In this document: one piece after another, positions 22,201 through 32,981 of the stretch
Layout of the letters: every line of letters starts with the position of its first letter
Position numbering within the stretch: position 1 is the first letter of the stretch
Assembly (NCBI GenBank): GCA_000708835.1
Contig: DF237493.1
Location: forward strand, 1 to 59,421
Direction: 5' to 3'
Source of the DNA: Klebsormidium nitens
Taxonomy: Eukaryota; Plantae; Klebsormidiophyceae
Length of the DNA: 59,421 nt
Notes under the pieces: model-generated
Seen by the model: the letters and a program-made list of their open reading frames with translations, nothing else
Databases searched by the model: none
Told to the model about the DNA's origin: nothing
Translations under genes and position numbers: made by a program

Positions 22201-25200
22201 GTTAAGGTCTGGGTCGGGGTCTGGTGCCGGGGCTGGGTCTGGGTCAGGCTCTGGTGCCGCAGGGTTAGGGTCCGGAGCTGGGTTAGGGCCGGCACTGCCA
22301 CCGCGGCCGGCTGCGGGGGCGGCGCGCCCTGCGCAGCCAAGAGGAGCGGAGGCGGTTCCGGCGCCGGAAGAAGAGGAGGTGAGGGTTCTAGTTCAAGTTT
22401 CAAGGATTGTTCAATTTCGACCGATTGACTGACAGTATCGGTGACCTGCAAGGAGGTTTTGTTTTGCTTACATGTGATTGGCAGTGATTTGTCGGGTAGA
22501 GATTGGTTGAGAGCACCTAGGTCAAGTCCAAGAATGTTGGGAAGAGGTGGGAGCGGGCATTTTGAGGCTTTGTTGTATTGCTGTTCCAATATATTTTCTG
22601 GGAGCAGCGTTGTCGTTCGATCTTAGATGTTCGACCTGGATGTTTAGACCACTGCCGTGTCATGTGTACCAACGCTGACTCAAATGACGAGAAGCATCGT
22701 TGGTACAGTCTGTTCCATCCAAGTTCCTAAGGTTCCTTCTCCTCTAAGTTCTAAGTTCCATAAGTTCTCTAAGGTTCCTTCTGCTGTGCCTTGAGCAGGA
22801 CTTGAGTGAGGAGCAAAAGGACATCAAGGCAAAAGCGCGGGCCCTAAGGCTGAAGCTGCTCAGGCTGGCGCTCAGAGTGGGGCACACGCACCGCACTGGG
22901 ATTGTTGCACAGGTAAGCGGTTCTCGGTTTGCAGCTCAGTAACCAGGATTTAGGGCTCCTAGCCTATGCAAGGCAAGGCGTATCAAAGCAAGATACTTCC
23001 GTGAGAAGTTGGTCCATCCTACCCCCCATTGCTTTGGAGTCCACAAACGTGCCATTTGCTCCGTCGTCTTTCTGCATATACATTAAGCGCAACTGATGTT
23101 CGTTGCTCGAAAGTTTGTCAAACTTTTGCTGGTCGAGCGAGAGAAGTCCTTTGGAGAGTGGAGGTTGTGATGGACCCTTTCGTTTCAACAGTCTGCATCT
23201 AGATTCCCTTTATCAGGTTGAGTTCCACGTTTTAAAGCAGATATTACTCAATTCTGTGCAGGTCTTGTACCGGATCGAGCTGGCCGAGCAGCGGCAGCTA
23301 GGACGTGGAATGCTCAACCGTACCGGCATGAACTTTGACAGGATTGCTACGGTGGCGCAAGAGCAGGTTCGTTACTCGTTTTCCACCCCTGTTTTCGTTT
23401 TGCTCGGATTCTTTCTTTCATCTCTCTTTTGAGACTTATTTGTTGAGAGTCGACCGGATATCAGAGCGGATTGTTGATGACCGGGTGTCTGGTTGCTCAT
23501 GCGACCCTTCACTCGTTTTAGCAGGTGCCTCACATCCGCCTTGTGTGCGCCTCTGTATGGATGTTCGTATACTTGAGGGCATGCAGATCGTTGGTGTTCA
23601 TGTCAACTCCCACAGCGAATACAAGGGAAGTTTCGGCTTTCTTCAGAAAGCAGACTTGCGCGGAATATTCTTAAGCTCTTTGGCATGCAAACGCCCGCTT
23701 GGTCAAGGTCTGCCAAGCAAGGCGCTTGCCCCTAGAAACCCCGAAATTCTTCCCTTTGAAATCAGAGTGGGTCACGCAAAGTCATGAGAAGTTCATCAAC
23801 GGCCCCCTCCCTCACCCGCAGGAAGCAAAGGAGGGCTCCGATACCCCCCTGGACCTGCACATCAAGCTGCTCTTCCTTGGGAAGACGGGCGTCGGAAAGA
23901 GCGCCACGATCAACAACATCTTCCAGCAGCCGCTCCAGTCGGCCAACGCCTTCGAGTCCGAGACCAAGGACATCCGGATCCTGGACGTCAACATGCTTGG
24001 CGTCAAGGTTACGATCATAGACACGCCGGGGCTCGGCTTAGGAGACGGGTGAGACGTTCAAACGGGTTCAAAGTTTGAATCAAGCTTGGATGGTCATTCT
24101 GGCGTGTCGGATGTGAAGATGGAGCACCTTATGTAGCCTTATGTAGCCTTATGTAGCTATGGCTCGGTCAAGGTTACCATCATTGTCGCGTTTTGACCAG
24201 CTTAGGGAGGAATAGGAAGGAGAGGGATCACGTTTGTACCACTGCAAAAGCTGTCAGGTCCTTCAGCGCTATGGAGGTCAGCCTGGGGAGCTGAATGAGT
24301 TCGAGCGCATTTGTCTTTTGCGGTCTCTCGTTCTGGGTCACCCACTAGCGTCGCCGCTTTGGTCACAGTGCGGAGGAGGCCATGAGAAGATGGGCAAGAT
24401 TGAGGGCATCTGCAGTCGATGCCTTATCAGTTCACGCTCGGCTTGCATTTAATGCTTCGTTTTGAATGCCTCTTTGCTCCCCGCGCTGGGCTAACATCAG
24501 GGTCGCCTCTGGTCACAGTGCGGAGGAGGCCAACGAGAAGAAGATGATTGATATCAGACGCTAACTCTTTCGGATCACTTTCGATCCTTTTTGTTTCAAG
24601 CTTATTCTGCATCAATTTCACTGTCTTCACCATCTTGTATTTCTGAGCTGGGTTTACACTAACGGCGCTTGTTTGGTCACAGTGCGGAGGAGGCCAACGA
24701 GAAGATGAATAATATCAGACGCTATCTCTTTCGGATCACTTTCGATCCTTTTTGTTTCAGCCATATTCTGCATCAATTTCACTGTCTTCACCATTCCGTA
24801 TTTCTGAGCTGGGTTAACACTAACGGCGCTTGTTTGGTCACAGTGCGGAGGAGGCCAACGAGAAGAAGATGGACAAGATCGAGCGCATCTGCGAGAAGAT
24901 GAAGCCCGACGTGGTGTTCTACGTGGACCGCCTCGACAACCAGGGCCGCGAGTTCCAGGACATTAGCGTCATCAACTCAATCACCAAGGCGCTCGGCGAG
25001 GAGATCTGGTTCAACGCAATCGTGGTGTTCACGCATGCGGCTGTCGCGCCGCCCGACGGCAGGTACGGACACGGGCTTCGTATGTCTCCGACCAAGTAGT
25101 ATGTGCCTCTTGCTTATCGGCTTTTTACGTTTTCTGTGATTATTTGCTAAGGTTTGAGCGAGCCTCGTCATCCGTAGATGCGTTTGGGAGGGGCTATCGA

Positions 25201-28200
25201 AGCTGGTACACGGGTCAGCTTTTCAAGCGTACAATACTCTGACGGCTGCACGCAGTCGATATTTTGTGGGAAGCTGCGGCGACGGGCAGGCCAATACTTG
25301 TGACACGTGTCGTCGCATTCCGTGCATGGGTCTTTCAAAGATGCCACTAATAACCCCATCTTGGTGATAACGAACCACCTACTCCACGTGCATAGCTTAT
25401 GATATTTCTCCAAACGCTCGTTTGCCTGCTACAACAGGCAGCCAAAACCACGATCACATTTTACGTGGTCCAGTCCAGCATTCAAGTCAGGTTCACGATT
25501 GTCACAGCACCTAGATATGAGGCCCCCGTCACATAGCTTATGCTTCTTTCTCATCCCTTATCGTCTTGCAGCAACGGGCAGCCCATCACCTACGACACGT
25601 ACACCTCGCAGCGCGCGCACGGCGTCCAGTCTAGCATCCGCACCGCCGTCGACGACGAGCGCCTCATGAACCCCGTGTGCCTGGTTGAGAACCACCCCAA
25701 CTGCCGGACCAACCGGGCCGGCGACAAAATCCTGCCAAACGGAGTGGTGAGGGCTGAGTAATCTAGGCCAAGTGTTGTCCTCTCTGGCGGCAATCGTTCT
25801 CTGTTCTGGCTGCACTCGGCCGGGCTGTCTGTTCATCGTTGCGCCTACTGTTTTCCAGATTTTGTTGAAGATCTTGAACCCTGCTGCTCCGACCAGGTTA
25901 TCCCCTTTTCAGACGTTTCATTTGCTGACTGCTGGTGTCAAGGGACAAAACGCGCTGTTCTCAGGTCTGTCCAGCTTGGAGCGAGTATCTCCGCAACTCG
26001 TTGACTGACCCAAGTCGAGGCTTCATTGCCTCCTTCACCGCAAAAGTTTGATCATGTTGTGATCTTGCTGAAGGAATGTTGGTTTGACGTGCAGGTGTGG
26101 CGGCCCCAGCTGTTGCTCTTGGCGTTTGCGTCCAAGATCCTGAACCAGGCCAACGAGGTTATGAAGCTTCAAGACGTGAGCCTCACATTCCCCCCGGCTT
26201 TTTAAAATCTTCTAAAGGCTTCCACTTCCCCAATTTGAGGTAACGAGCTGAACCTATTGCTGGTGCTTGGACGTTGTTTGGAAGTTGGACTTAGCATCTT
26301 TGGGCATTCTCAGCTAAACTTGAGTTCCTCACGACGGATGTAAGCCCTGTTCTAGTGCTTCCATCTAGTTGACCAGGGCGGCAGCAACGATTCGATACAA
26401 CTTCTTACTCGCTATCAACGAGCCTGCTTGTGTGAGAGGGGAAGCAAGAAGAACGCCTTTGTAGGAATCGCAAAAGAAGGTTCAAAGATGACTTTCCTCT
26501 TTCTATACTGGAGGAGCAACAGCGTGCAGCAGCAGAGAAGAATGACAGAAGCGGCTATAGTGGTCCGGCGGTCCTGTGTGGAAGGGCCCTCGCTCGACGA
26601 CTTGATCAAATCAGGGAAATTGGCACCACTGCTTTGGGGGACGGGTACCTCTGGTCCAGCCGCCCTGTTTGTTGATCAGCAATCCACCGGGTTTTCACCA
26701 CCAACTTTTTTTGCACAGGAGGATCGGCAGGCGCAGCAGGAAAACGAGAAGTATGGCAACCTGATGTCATTGCTAATTGCACTCATGGTGGAAGCTGTTT
26801 TGGTTGTGCTTCAAAATGGGTGGAACCATTTTACTGATCTTTACCCCCCCTTTTCGCAGGAGGCTCGGCAGGCGCAGCAGGAGGACGAGAAGTATGGCAA
26901 CATGATGCCGCTGCTGACGGGGCTTATGGCGGAGGCGCGGGAGCTCAAGACGCCCAAGGTGTGGGTGTCGCAGGCGGAAAAGGAGGCCCAGGCGCAGCAC
27001 GAGGCGCTGCGCAAGCGCATCATCGACCTGGAGAGGGAGGTGTACCAGCTCGAAACGTCGCTCGCCAAGGTAAGTCCTCGGGACTCCGTTTTCGCCTTGG
27101 AGGAATTTGTTGGGGGACAAAAAGGCGCGAAATGTGAAGATGGTGTGGCAAAGTGAAGAGAAGCTCCGGCAAAGTGTGATGCGCTGCATAAGGGCACCAT
27201 CAACCTCGAGCGGCTCGCCCAAGTAAGTGCTATGTTCGGAGCAGTTCGAATGTTCGCCCGTTTCAAGCAATCAGCAGGTAAGCTGAGAATTTGAAGACGA
27301 GAAAGCTCAGGACGAGAGTTGAAGGATGTTAAGAAGGTCAAGTGAACACGAGGGGCTGCACAGGTGCATCATCAACCTGGAGTGGGAGTGTTGGGTTGCC
27401 TTTGAAATAAGGAAAGGAGATTCTATGCTCTTCTCAAAGCGCTCTTACTCCTTGTCGAATATCTTGTTAGGTCAGATCTGATTCGCTATCTTACCTTCCC
27501 TGCAACAGGAGAAAGAGAACGATGACGTCCTCGACTTCGAGAACAAGCTCGCGCCCGTTATGGCCCAGCGTGCCCAAAAGGAGAGCTACCTCATCAGCCT
27601 CAAGACCACCCTCGACCTAGAGAAAACGCGCCTCGACAAGAACCCCTTCGGAGAGGCGGCCATGAAGCGGATCCGGGCGGAAGCGGAAGAGGAACGGCGG
27701 ATAATGGCGGAACGGAGGCGCAAGGTCAAGTACGCGTCTCGAGGGGGCGGCGGCCGGCGGAGTCAGCGGAAGCTGGGGGGCGGAATGGGGCGCGGGAACG
27801 TGTTCTGGGACGAGGACGAGGGCATTGTGTGAGTGCCACGTGTCCTTCGCTCGCTTGTATGAGCACGTGCTTTGACCAGGAGCGAGCAGTACGGAAGAGA
27901 GTCTATGTGCGGTCTGCTTTCGCATGTGCCTTGGATCTTCTCGAAGTCTGCTGTTGGTCTTTTCTGAGAATCGTTTTGCTTTTTGTAGGTTCTCCCCGTC
28001 TAGGGTCCAGGGATAACTGCATGTGAACCATCAAATACCAACCTGACTTTGTTGCCAACCTGGTTCTTCTCTTTTCAAGCCATGCCGGGTTGCTCTACTT
28101 TGACGGCTTTCTCATCCGAGCACGTTTGGAGTCGGTTCTAACCTTTTCCTTAGAGAACCGGTCACTCCTAAGCGCAGATTGCTTTCTTGAATACACTTCG

Positions 28201-31200
28201 GACACCTTGCTCCCAGATTCCAACTGTAAACCCGAGCTTAGGTTCCAGGCAAAAGACGTTCGAGGCCGACTCCAGGCTAACTTCGCCATGGTCGAATCCA
28301 TGTTAACCCCCGTCAATTATGATCAACCCCGTGTTGTGTTTTCAAACAAGACGCGTTCGAGGCCGTCTTTGTGACCACCTTCATTACCTGGTCACTTTTG
28401 CCACCTAGACCAGATTACTCGTACGGTTGAATAGTCTTTCACGACAACTCCCACAAACTGACCCGAGGATGCTACTCATTATCTGACACTTGTGTCCAGG
28501 CAAGACGCTTGCAGGCCTGACTCCGAGGCTTAGCTGCTCATGCGGGCACACCGCTGTTCACGAGAGCAATTTCTACAAACCAACCCGAAGCCTCTGCGCC
28601 TATACCCGCTCTTTTGCAGGCAAGACTCATTCGAGCCCGAGCTCGACACTAACGTCGGGATCTCGGGGGAGGACCAGAGGCAAAATATTCTTCACAGATC
28701 TATTTCTTGACAGGAAATCCAGAATTTCAACGTCCTAAATCCCAATTTCGTGTACAGGCAAGACGCATTCGAGCCCGGGCCCGAGACCAACTTCGGCATC
28801 TGGGGGGAGGACCAGAGCAAACTATCATTTAGAATCCGTTTCTTGACGGGAAAGTCAGTATCCTAATGTCCTAGATACATATCTTGTGCAGGCACAGCGC
28901 GTTCGAGCCTGAGCCCGAGACCAACTTGAGTATCTGGGGGAAGTATCAGAGCAAGGAATTTATTAGCACGTAACAAGATAGTTTTCAATGGTTAACCCGT
29001 CTTTCGTCTACAGGCAAGACGCGTTCGAGCCCGAGGCCGACACCAACTTCGGCATCTGGGGGGAGGACCAGAGTGCGCCATATGACCGGGCGGGTCTCGA
29101 ACCGGGCCCCCTGGAGTGGGGCTTCCAGGAAATACCGCCCCTTTTGGATGACCGCCTGTTGGTCGAGCTGGGGGGAAAGATCCAAAAGGAGCCCAAGCTG
29201 CTGCACGCCAACGCGGAGATCAAGTACACATACCACGTGTCCCCTGTTGTGGTGAGTGTTCACACGGTGGTGTGTAGGGGGTCAGTTTCCTTGTGGAGCT
29301 AGTAATGGAGTGGATTTATGCAGGAGTTTTCTTGGTTTGCTTCGGTTCGAGATGTACTAGGCAACGAGGGACTGTGCATCTGGTTTTAGCGAGCGATGAG
29401 GTTGGCGCGTCTTGAGAGAACCACTCTCTTCATGGAAGAGCTTAATGCTGACGTTTTCCCGCATCAGCGGACGACGTCTCGCTGTTTCTTTGACTGCGGA
29501 GTTGATCAGTTTTGCACCAACAGCGATTCGTCCAAGTCCCGACTTCCTGGCACCGGGTCATCTTTTTACGACGAGGATTTTGACCTGCTAAAGGAGTAGC
29601 AGTGCAGCCACTACGGGGTCTTTGAAGTACTGCCCAACAGTGCACCTGGTGCTTGGGTGATAAATGCTGACGTTTCCTCAAATCTTGCTGCAGAACTTCC
29701 GAGGTGACGTCGACATCGATTGGCTCAACCAGGAGGGCGCCACTTTCACCTTCACCGCTGACACGTCCAAGACCGACATGGATAAGCCTCCGGTTGCGGG
29801 CGTTGCCGTGTTCATGGTGAGTCGCGTGATCTGTTTGTCACTCTACATATCGTCTGTATCCCTGACATTTGTGGGTTTAGATCGTTCTTCAGAAGCCGAC
29901 TTTGCAAACCTCCTCCGACCAGACTTCTCGGGAAAAGTGGCGACACGCATGCACCTCGGGCTGTCAAAAGAGCTTCGCCCGAGCCGAGATCTAGTATTGC
30001 ATCTCGCCTCTCTATTGTGCACGCCCGTCCGATAAGTTCTCGAACATTGCAGCCTGTAAGGAAGGTGCTCTGGGTATGCGAATTGGAAGCGGGCAGGAGG
30101 GAGCCGCATATCAAGGCCGCTTTTTACAATGATGTAACTGGCTCCCAGTTGCGGTTAATCGGGATGCTGTTCTCGGAGCGGCGGGTCTAAACTGACCAAG
30201 CTTGCCCGGCTCAACAAGTACCGCATTGACGTTTCTCTCTCTGTCTTTGAAACGCATGTCAACTGGTTTTATTCGCTTTTGGAATGCGACCCAACGGTTG
30301 TCAACAGTTCTGATTTGCGCCACTCGGATCCTTACACAGTATTCAAACATTGTCATCTCAATTGTTGCAGGCTAAGAAAAAGGGCGCGGCGGGTCTGAAG
30401 CTCGCCAAGATCTTCACGCTGCGGAAGCTGCGCAACAAGGACGCGCCGTCGGCCCAGCGGGAGCTGCGGCTGAGCACCGTGGCGGGCATCGTGCGCAGCT
30501 TCGAGGGCGAGGTCGCCCGCGGCCTCAACGTCGGGATGTCGACCATCGACGTGCGCACCTTTGAGAAAGGGAGGCACAAGGTGCGAGAACTCTGCAAAGC
30601 CCATGTTTTGAAGTCTTGAGCCTATTGGTTTCCAGGGTGCCGTCAGTGGCTCTGATTTCAGGATGTATAAGTAGAAGGGGTCTTTTGTGTGAGGCCCTCA
30701 ACGTCGAGATGTCCGCCATCGACGTGTGCACCTTGTAGAAAAGACGGCACAAGGTACGGGAGCTCTTTTGATCCAAGGATGTCTGGTTCTCAAAGATTCA
30801 GACCCAGACATCCTAAGAGATAGAAAGATATTTTGAGGTTCAACATCCTGAGTTTCAGGATTGGTAAAATTCGGTAATCTTAGTCACACTCACTGAATTC
30901 AACTTGAGAGTTTACCTTACCTCCAGCGCTTATCAAGTGGTTGTTTAAGCTTTTCGACCGTTAAACAAAACTGTGAATTGGAGTCTGGTCGTTTCTGTGG
31001 GATGCGGGGGTTTTCTGATGATTCTTCAATTCTCGATACCTTATGCTCCAACCATTCAAGGGGTTTTCTGTCGATAGGCTTCTTGTCGATTCTGTCCGGC
31101 CGTTCATTCGCTGATGCTGATTCTCGTCATCCTTTGTTCGCAGATCTCGTTCAACGCGTCCGACTTCCGTGGCGACTTCGGCTTCGGCGTCGCGGCTGAG

Positions 31201-31395
31201 AGCGAGGGGTACAACGTCGCTGGCATCATGTTGGGCGTTAACGCAACCATGGATAGCAGCGGCCAAGGAAAGATTGCGCTGGCGTTCCACAGCGAGAAGA
31301 AAATCTGGCCTGCCGCGATCATGCTTATCACGGGACTGAAGGTGCTGTTGCAGCGGTGGGCTCAACCGGGGCCGATGGAGATGGGCGAATTTTAG
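19271..31395 (+). CDS. TOC159: TOC159-family chloroplast outer-envelope import receptor GTPase (A, G and M domains), ~1,420 aa, 14 exons
   Basis: Exons: 19271-20792, 21912-22378, 22799-22912, 23262-23366, 23822-24048, 24844-25062, 25572-25746, 26095-26175, 26860-27069, 27509-27828, 29014-29251, 29694-29816, 30371-30580, 31144-31395. Acidic A-domain; LKLLRLALRVG..IVAQVLYRIELAE; G1 GKTGVGKSATIN; DTPG; PDVVFYVDRLD; IWFNAIVVFTHAA.APPDG; LMNPVCLVENHPNCRTNRAGDKILPNG..WRPQLLLL; M-domain-like C-terminus (DFRGDFGFG..GQGKIALAFHS). The exact paralogue (159/132/120/90) cannot be resolved. Confidence 0.9.
20147..20347 (+). repeat. Coding 27-bp tandem repeat, (PEEEVAEVQ) x7 plus a partial unit, in the TOC159 acidic domain
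   Basis: The cctgaagaagaggttgcggaggtgcag unit is repeated with few substitutions (V to L, Q to H). Confidence 0.95.
22082..22290 (+). repeat. Gly/Ser/Ala-rich coding repeat (AGLG / GSGS) built on GGGTTAGGG motifs
   Basis: GGGTTAGGG at 22124, 22178, 22262 and 22280, with variants at 22085 and ~22199. It translates AGLGSRAAGLGSGAGLGP... Confidence 0.75.
24355..24843 (+). repeat. Three upstream copies of the TOC159 exon-6 acceptor plus 5' end
   Basis: ggtcacag|tgcggaggaggcc at 24361, 24511 and 24675, with the real site at 24836. The two ~162-bp units 24511-24835 are near-identical over their intron-derived part. Confidence 0.95.
26700..27390 (+). repeat. Echo copies on both sides of TOC159 exon 9
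   Basis: An upstream acceptor copy cacag|GAGGATCGGCAGGCGCAGCAGGAAAACGAGAAGTATGGCAAC at 26719 matches the real site at 26860. Downstream copies of GCGCTGCGCAAGCGCATCATCGACCTGGAG..AAG|gtaagt lie at ~27181-27228 and ~27355-27390. Confidence 0.8.
28245..28965 (+). repeat. About six upstream copies of the TOC159 exon-11 acceptor plus 5' end
   Basis: cag|gcaagacgcgttcgagccc..accaacttcggcatctggggggaggaccagag recurs at ~28892, 28758, 28620, 28500, ~28347 and ~28248 (real 29014). Similarity declines with distance. Confidence 0.88.
30690..30755 (+). repeat. Downstream copy of the TOC159 exon-13 3' end plus donor
   Basis: gccctcaacgtcgagatgtccgccatcgacgtgtgcacc..cggcacaag|gtacgg duplicates 30521-30586. 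The copy contains an in-frame TAG. Confidence 0.85.
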
Positions 31396-32981
31396 GGGGT
31401 CGGATTTGGAGCGACGGGTATCATTCGGGAGAATTATCTCGTGCTGTAGTGGTCTTTGCGGATGGGAGGAGGGCGTAGAAAGAGGCTACGAGGACGGATA
31501 AGTGACCGCATATTCTGGGTTAGGATCGGCTGTTTCATGGGAGTTGCGATCATTGGAGAAGGTGACTTCGGGTAACGTTCCTAAAGCGGCGAACAAGTAG
31601 GGCTCCTGAACTCACCATGGCATAGTTGAGGACAGATCGTCGACGCCCATTTTGTGGTCGGCTGATTTTGCATTTGTGATGTGAGTCGTCGGTCGAAGCT
31701 TATGATCCCAGGTCAACAGACACGTACACTCATTCGTTATGAACATAATGCACTTCTTCGTTGACACCATGTTCGTTGGAAATGAGCGCGGGCGGCCGCA
31801 GGATGGAGAGGTTGTGAAAAGCATGAACGGACGTGATAAGCCCAACTTGCAAGCTGCAACAGTGCCGCCCCAGATAAGCAAGCAGCGCTGGTGCGCAGGT
31901 CTGGTTTCAAACACGATCACAAGCTGGCACGCGCGCATCAATAGTATGAAAGGCGCGATGTCCGATCCCCGTGAACATGACTAATTAATTGCAATTTGCA
32001 TTTATTTTGAAAACATATTTACATTTTTTCAATATTACACACATGATATAACTGTGCAATTGTTGTGTAATCGATCTGCTCATTAGGGTCGGATATATGG
32101 TAAAGTATATGGGTGGTGCATTGCAAAATGAATATCTTGACGCCGTCATGCATATGCTCGTTTCTTTGATTTTAATGCATGCTTCCCCCAAACGCGAGAT
32201 GTTGCCAGGCCCTGCACTTCGGCTGTCCGATAAACATGCCACCCGCGTCCGCACTTCAATTTATAAGAACAACTCATTTGTTCATGCGCATTTGATTGCT
32301 AGAGTTGGCTATATTATTTGCACGCCGGGGCTTCCACATGCCCGGCCAGGATAGTGGTTGACAGTCCCCCGGCAATTGCAAGAGAAGCAGGCAGATTTGG
32401 TGAATAGTAAACCTAGGCAGCCATGCCAATTGGTCGTACATGTGCACAGAACTTGAGCGTGGGATGTGAAAATTGGATTTTGAGCAGATTGCCAATCAAT
32501 AATCGAATCACCAATAGTTATAGTGTTAATTACCTGTAGAATGTCAACTATGCGGTAGACGGTGCATGCATAACAATTTTAACATGTTGACGTTTCTGTA
32601 TTAAAGTGTGTACTATTCGGCCATGCCCTTCACACAACCGTCATTTGCATATTCATTTTTCACATACTGGTGGAAACAGTCGAGATGTTTGCGCGGGTGT
32701 GTGTGATGATGTACAGATAACATTCACCTTCAACCCAAGCTTGCAGTAAGCCGATTTTCTCAGCTTTCCCCTTCCAATCAAAATCACAGGTTGCCAGTCT
32801 CTTTACAATGTCGTTTGTTCAGTAATGTACACTGGGAAAAATGGTTCTCTCAACACTGGTAAGGTACAAACGACCGGAGTATGCTAACAACGTTGCAGCT
32901 TGCAGCGTCTTTCTACACACACACAAAGTCAAATCCGTGGTCGTTCAATCTACTCCCAACTCGAATCAGTGATCGAAACAT

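Noticed and set aside
22715-22785. Short intronic micro-repeats (aagttcc/taaggttccttct; also cttatgtagc x3 at ~24128 and ttcaccatat x3 at ~54415)
   Set aside because: These are simple slippage repeats. They fit the general duplication tendency but are not informative individually.
31980-32120. AT-rich patch between the convergent TOC159 and LEA-like genes
   Set aside because: It is compatible with ordinary 3'-end or intergenic sequence, with no repeat structure or ORF support.
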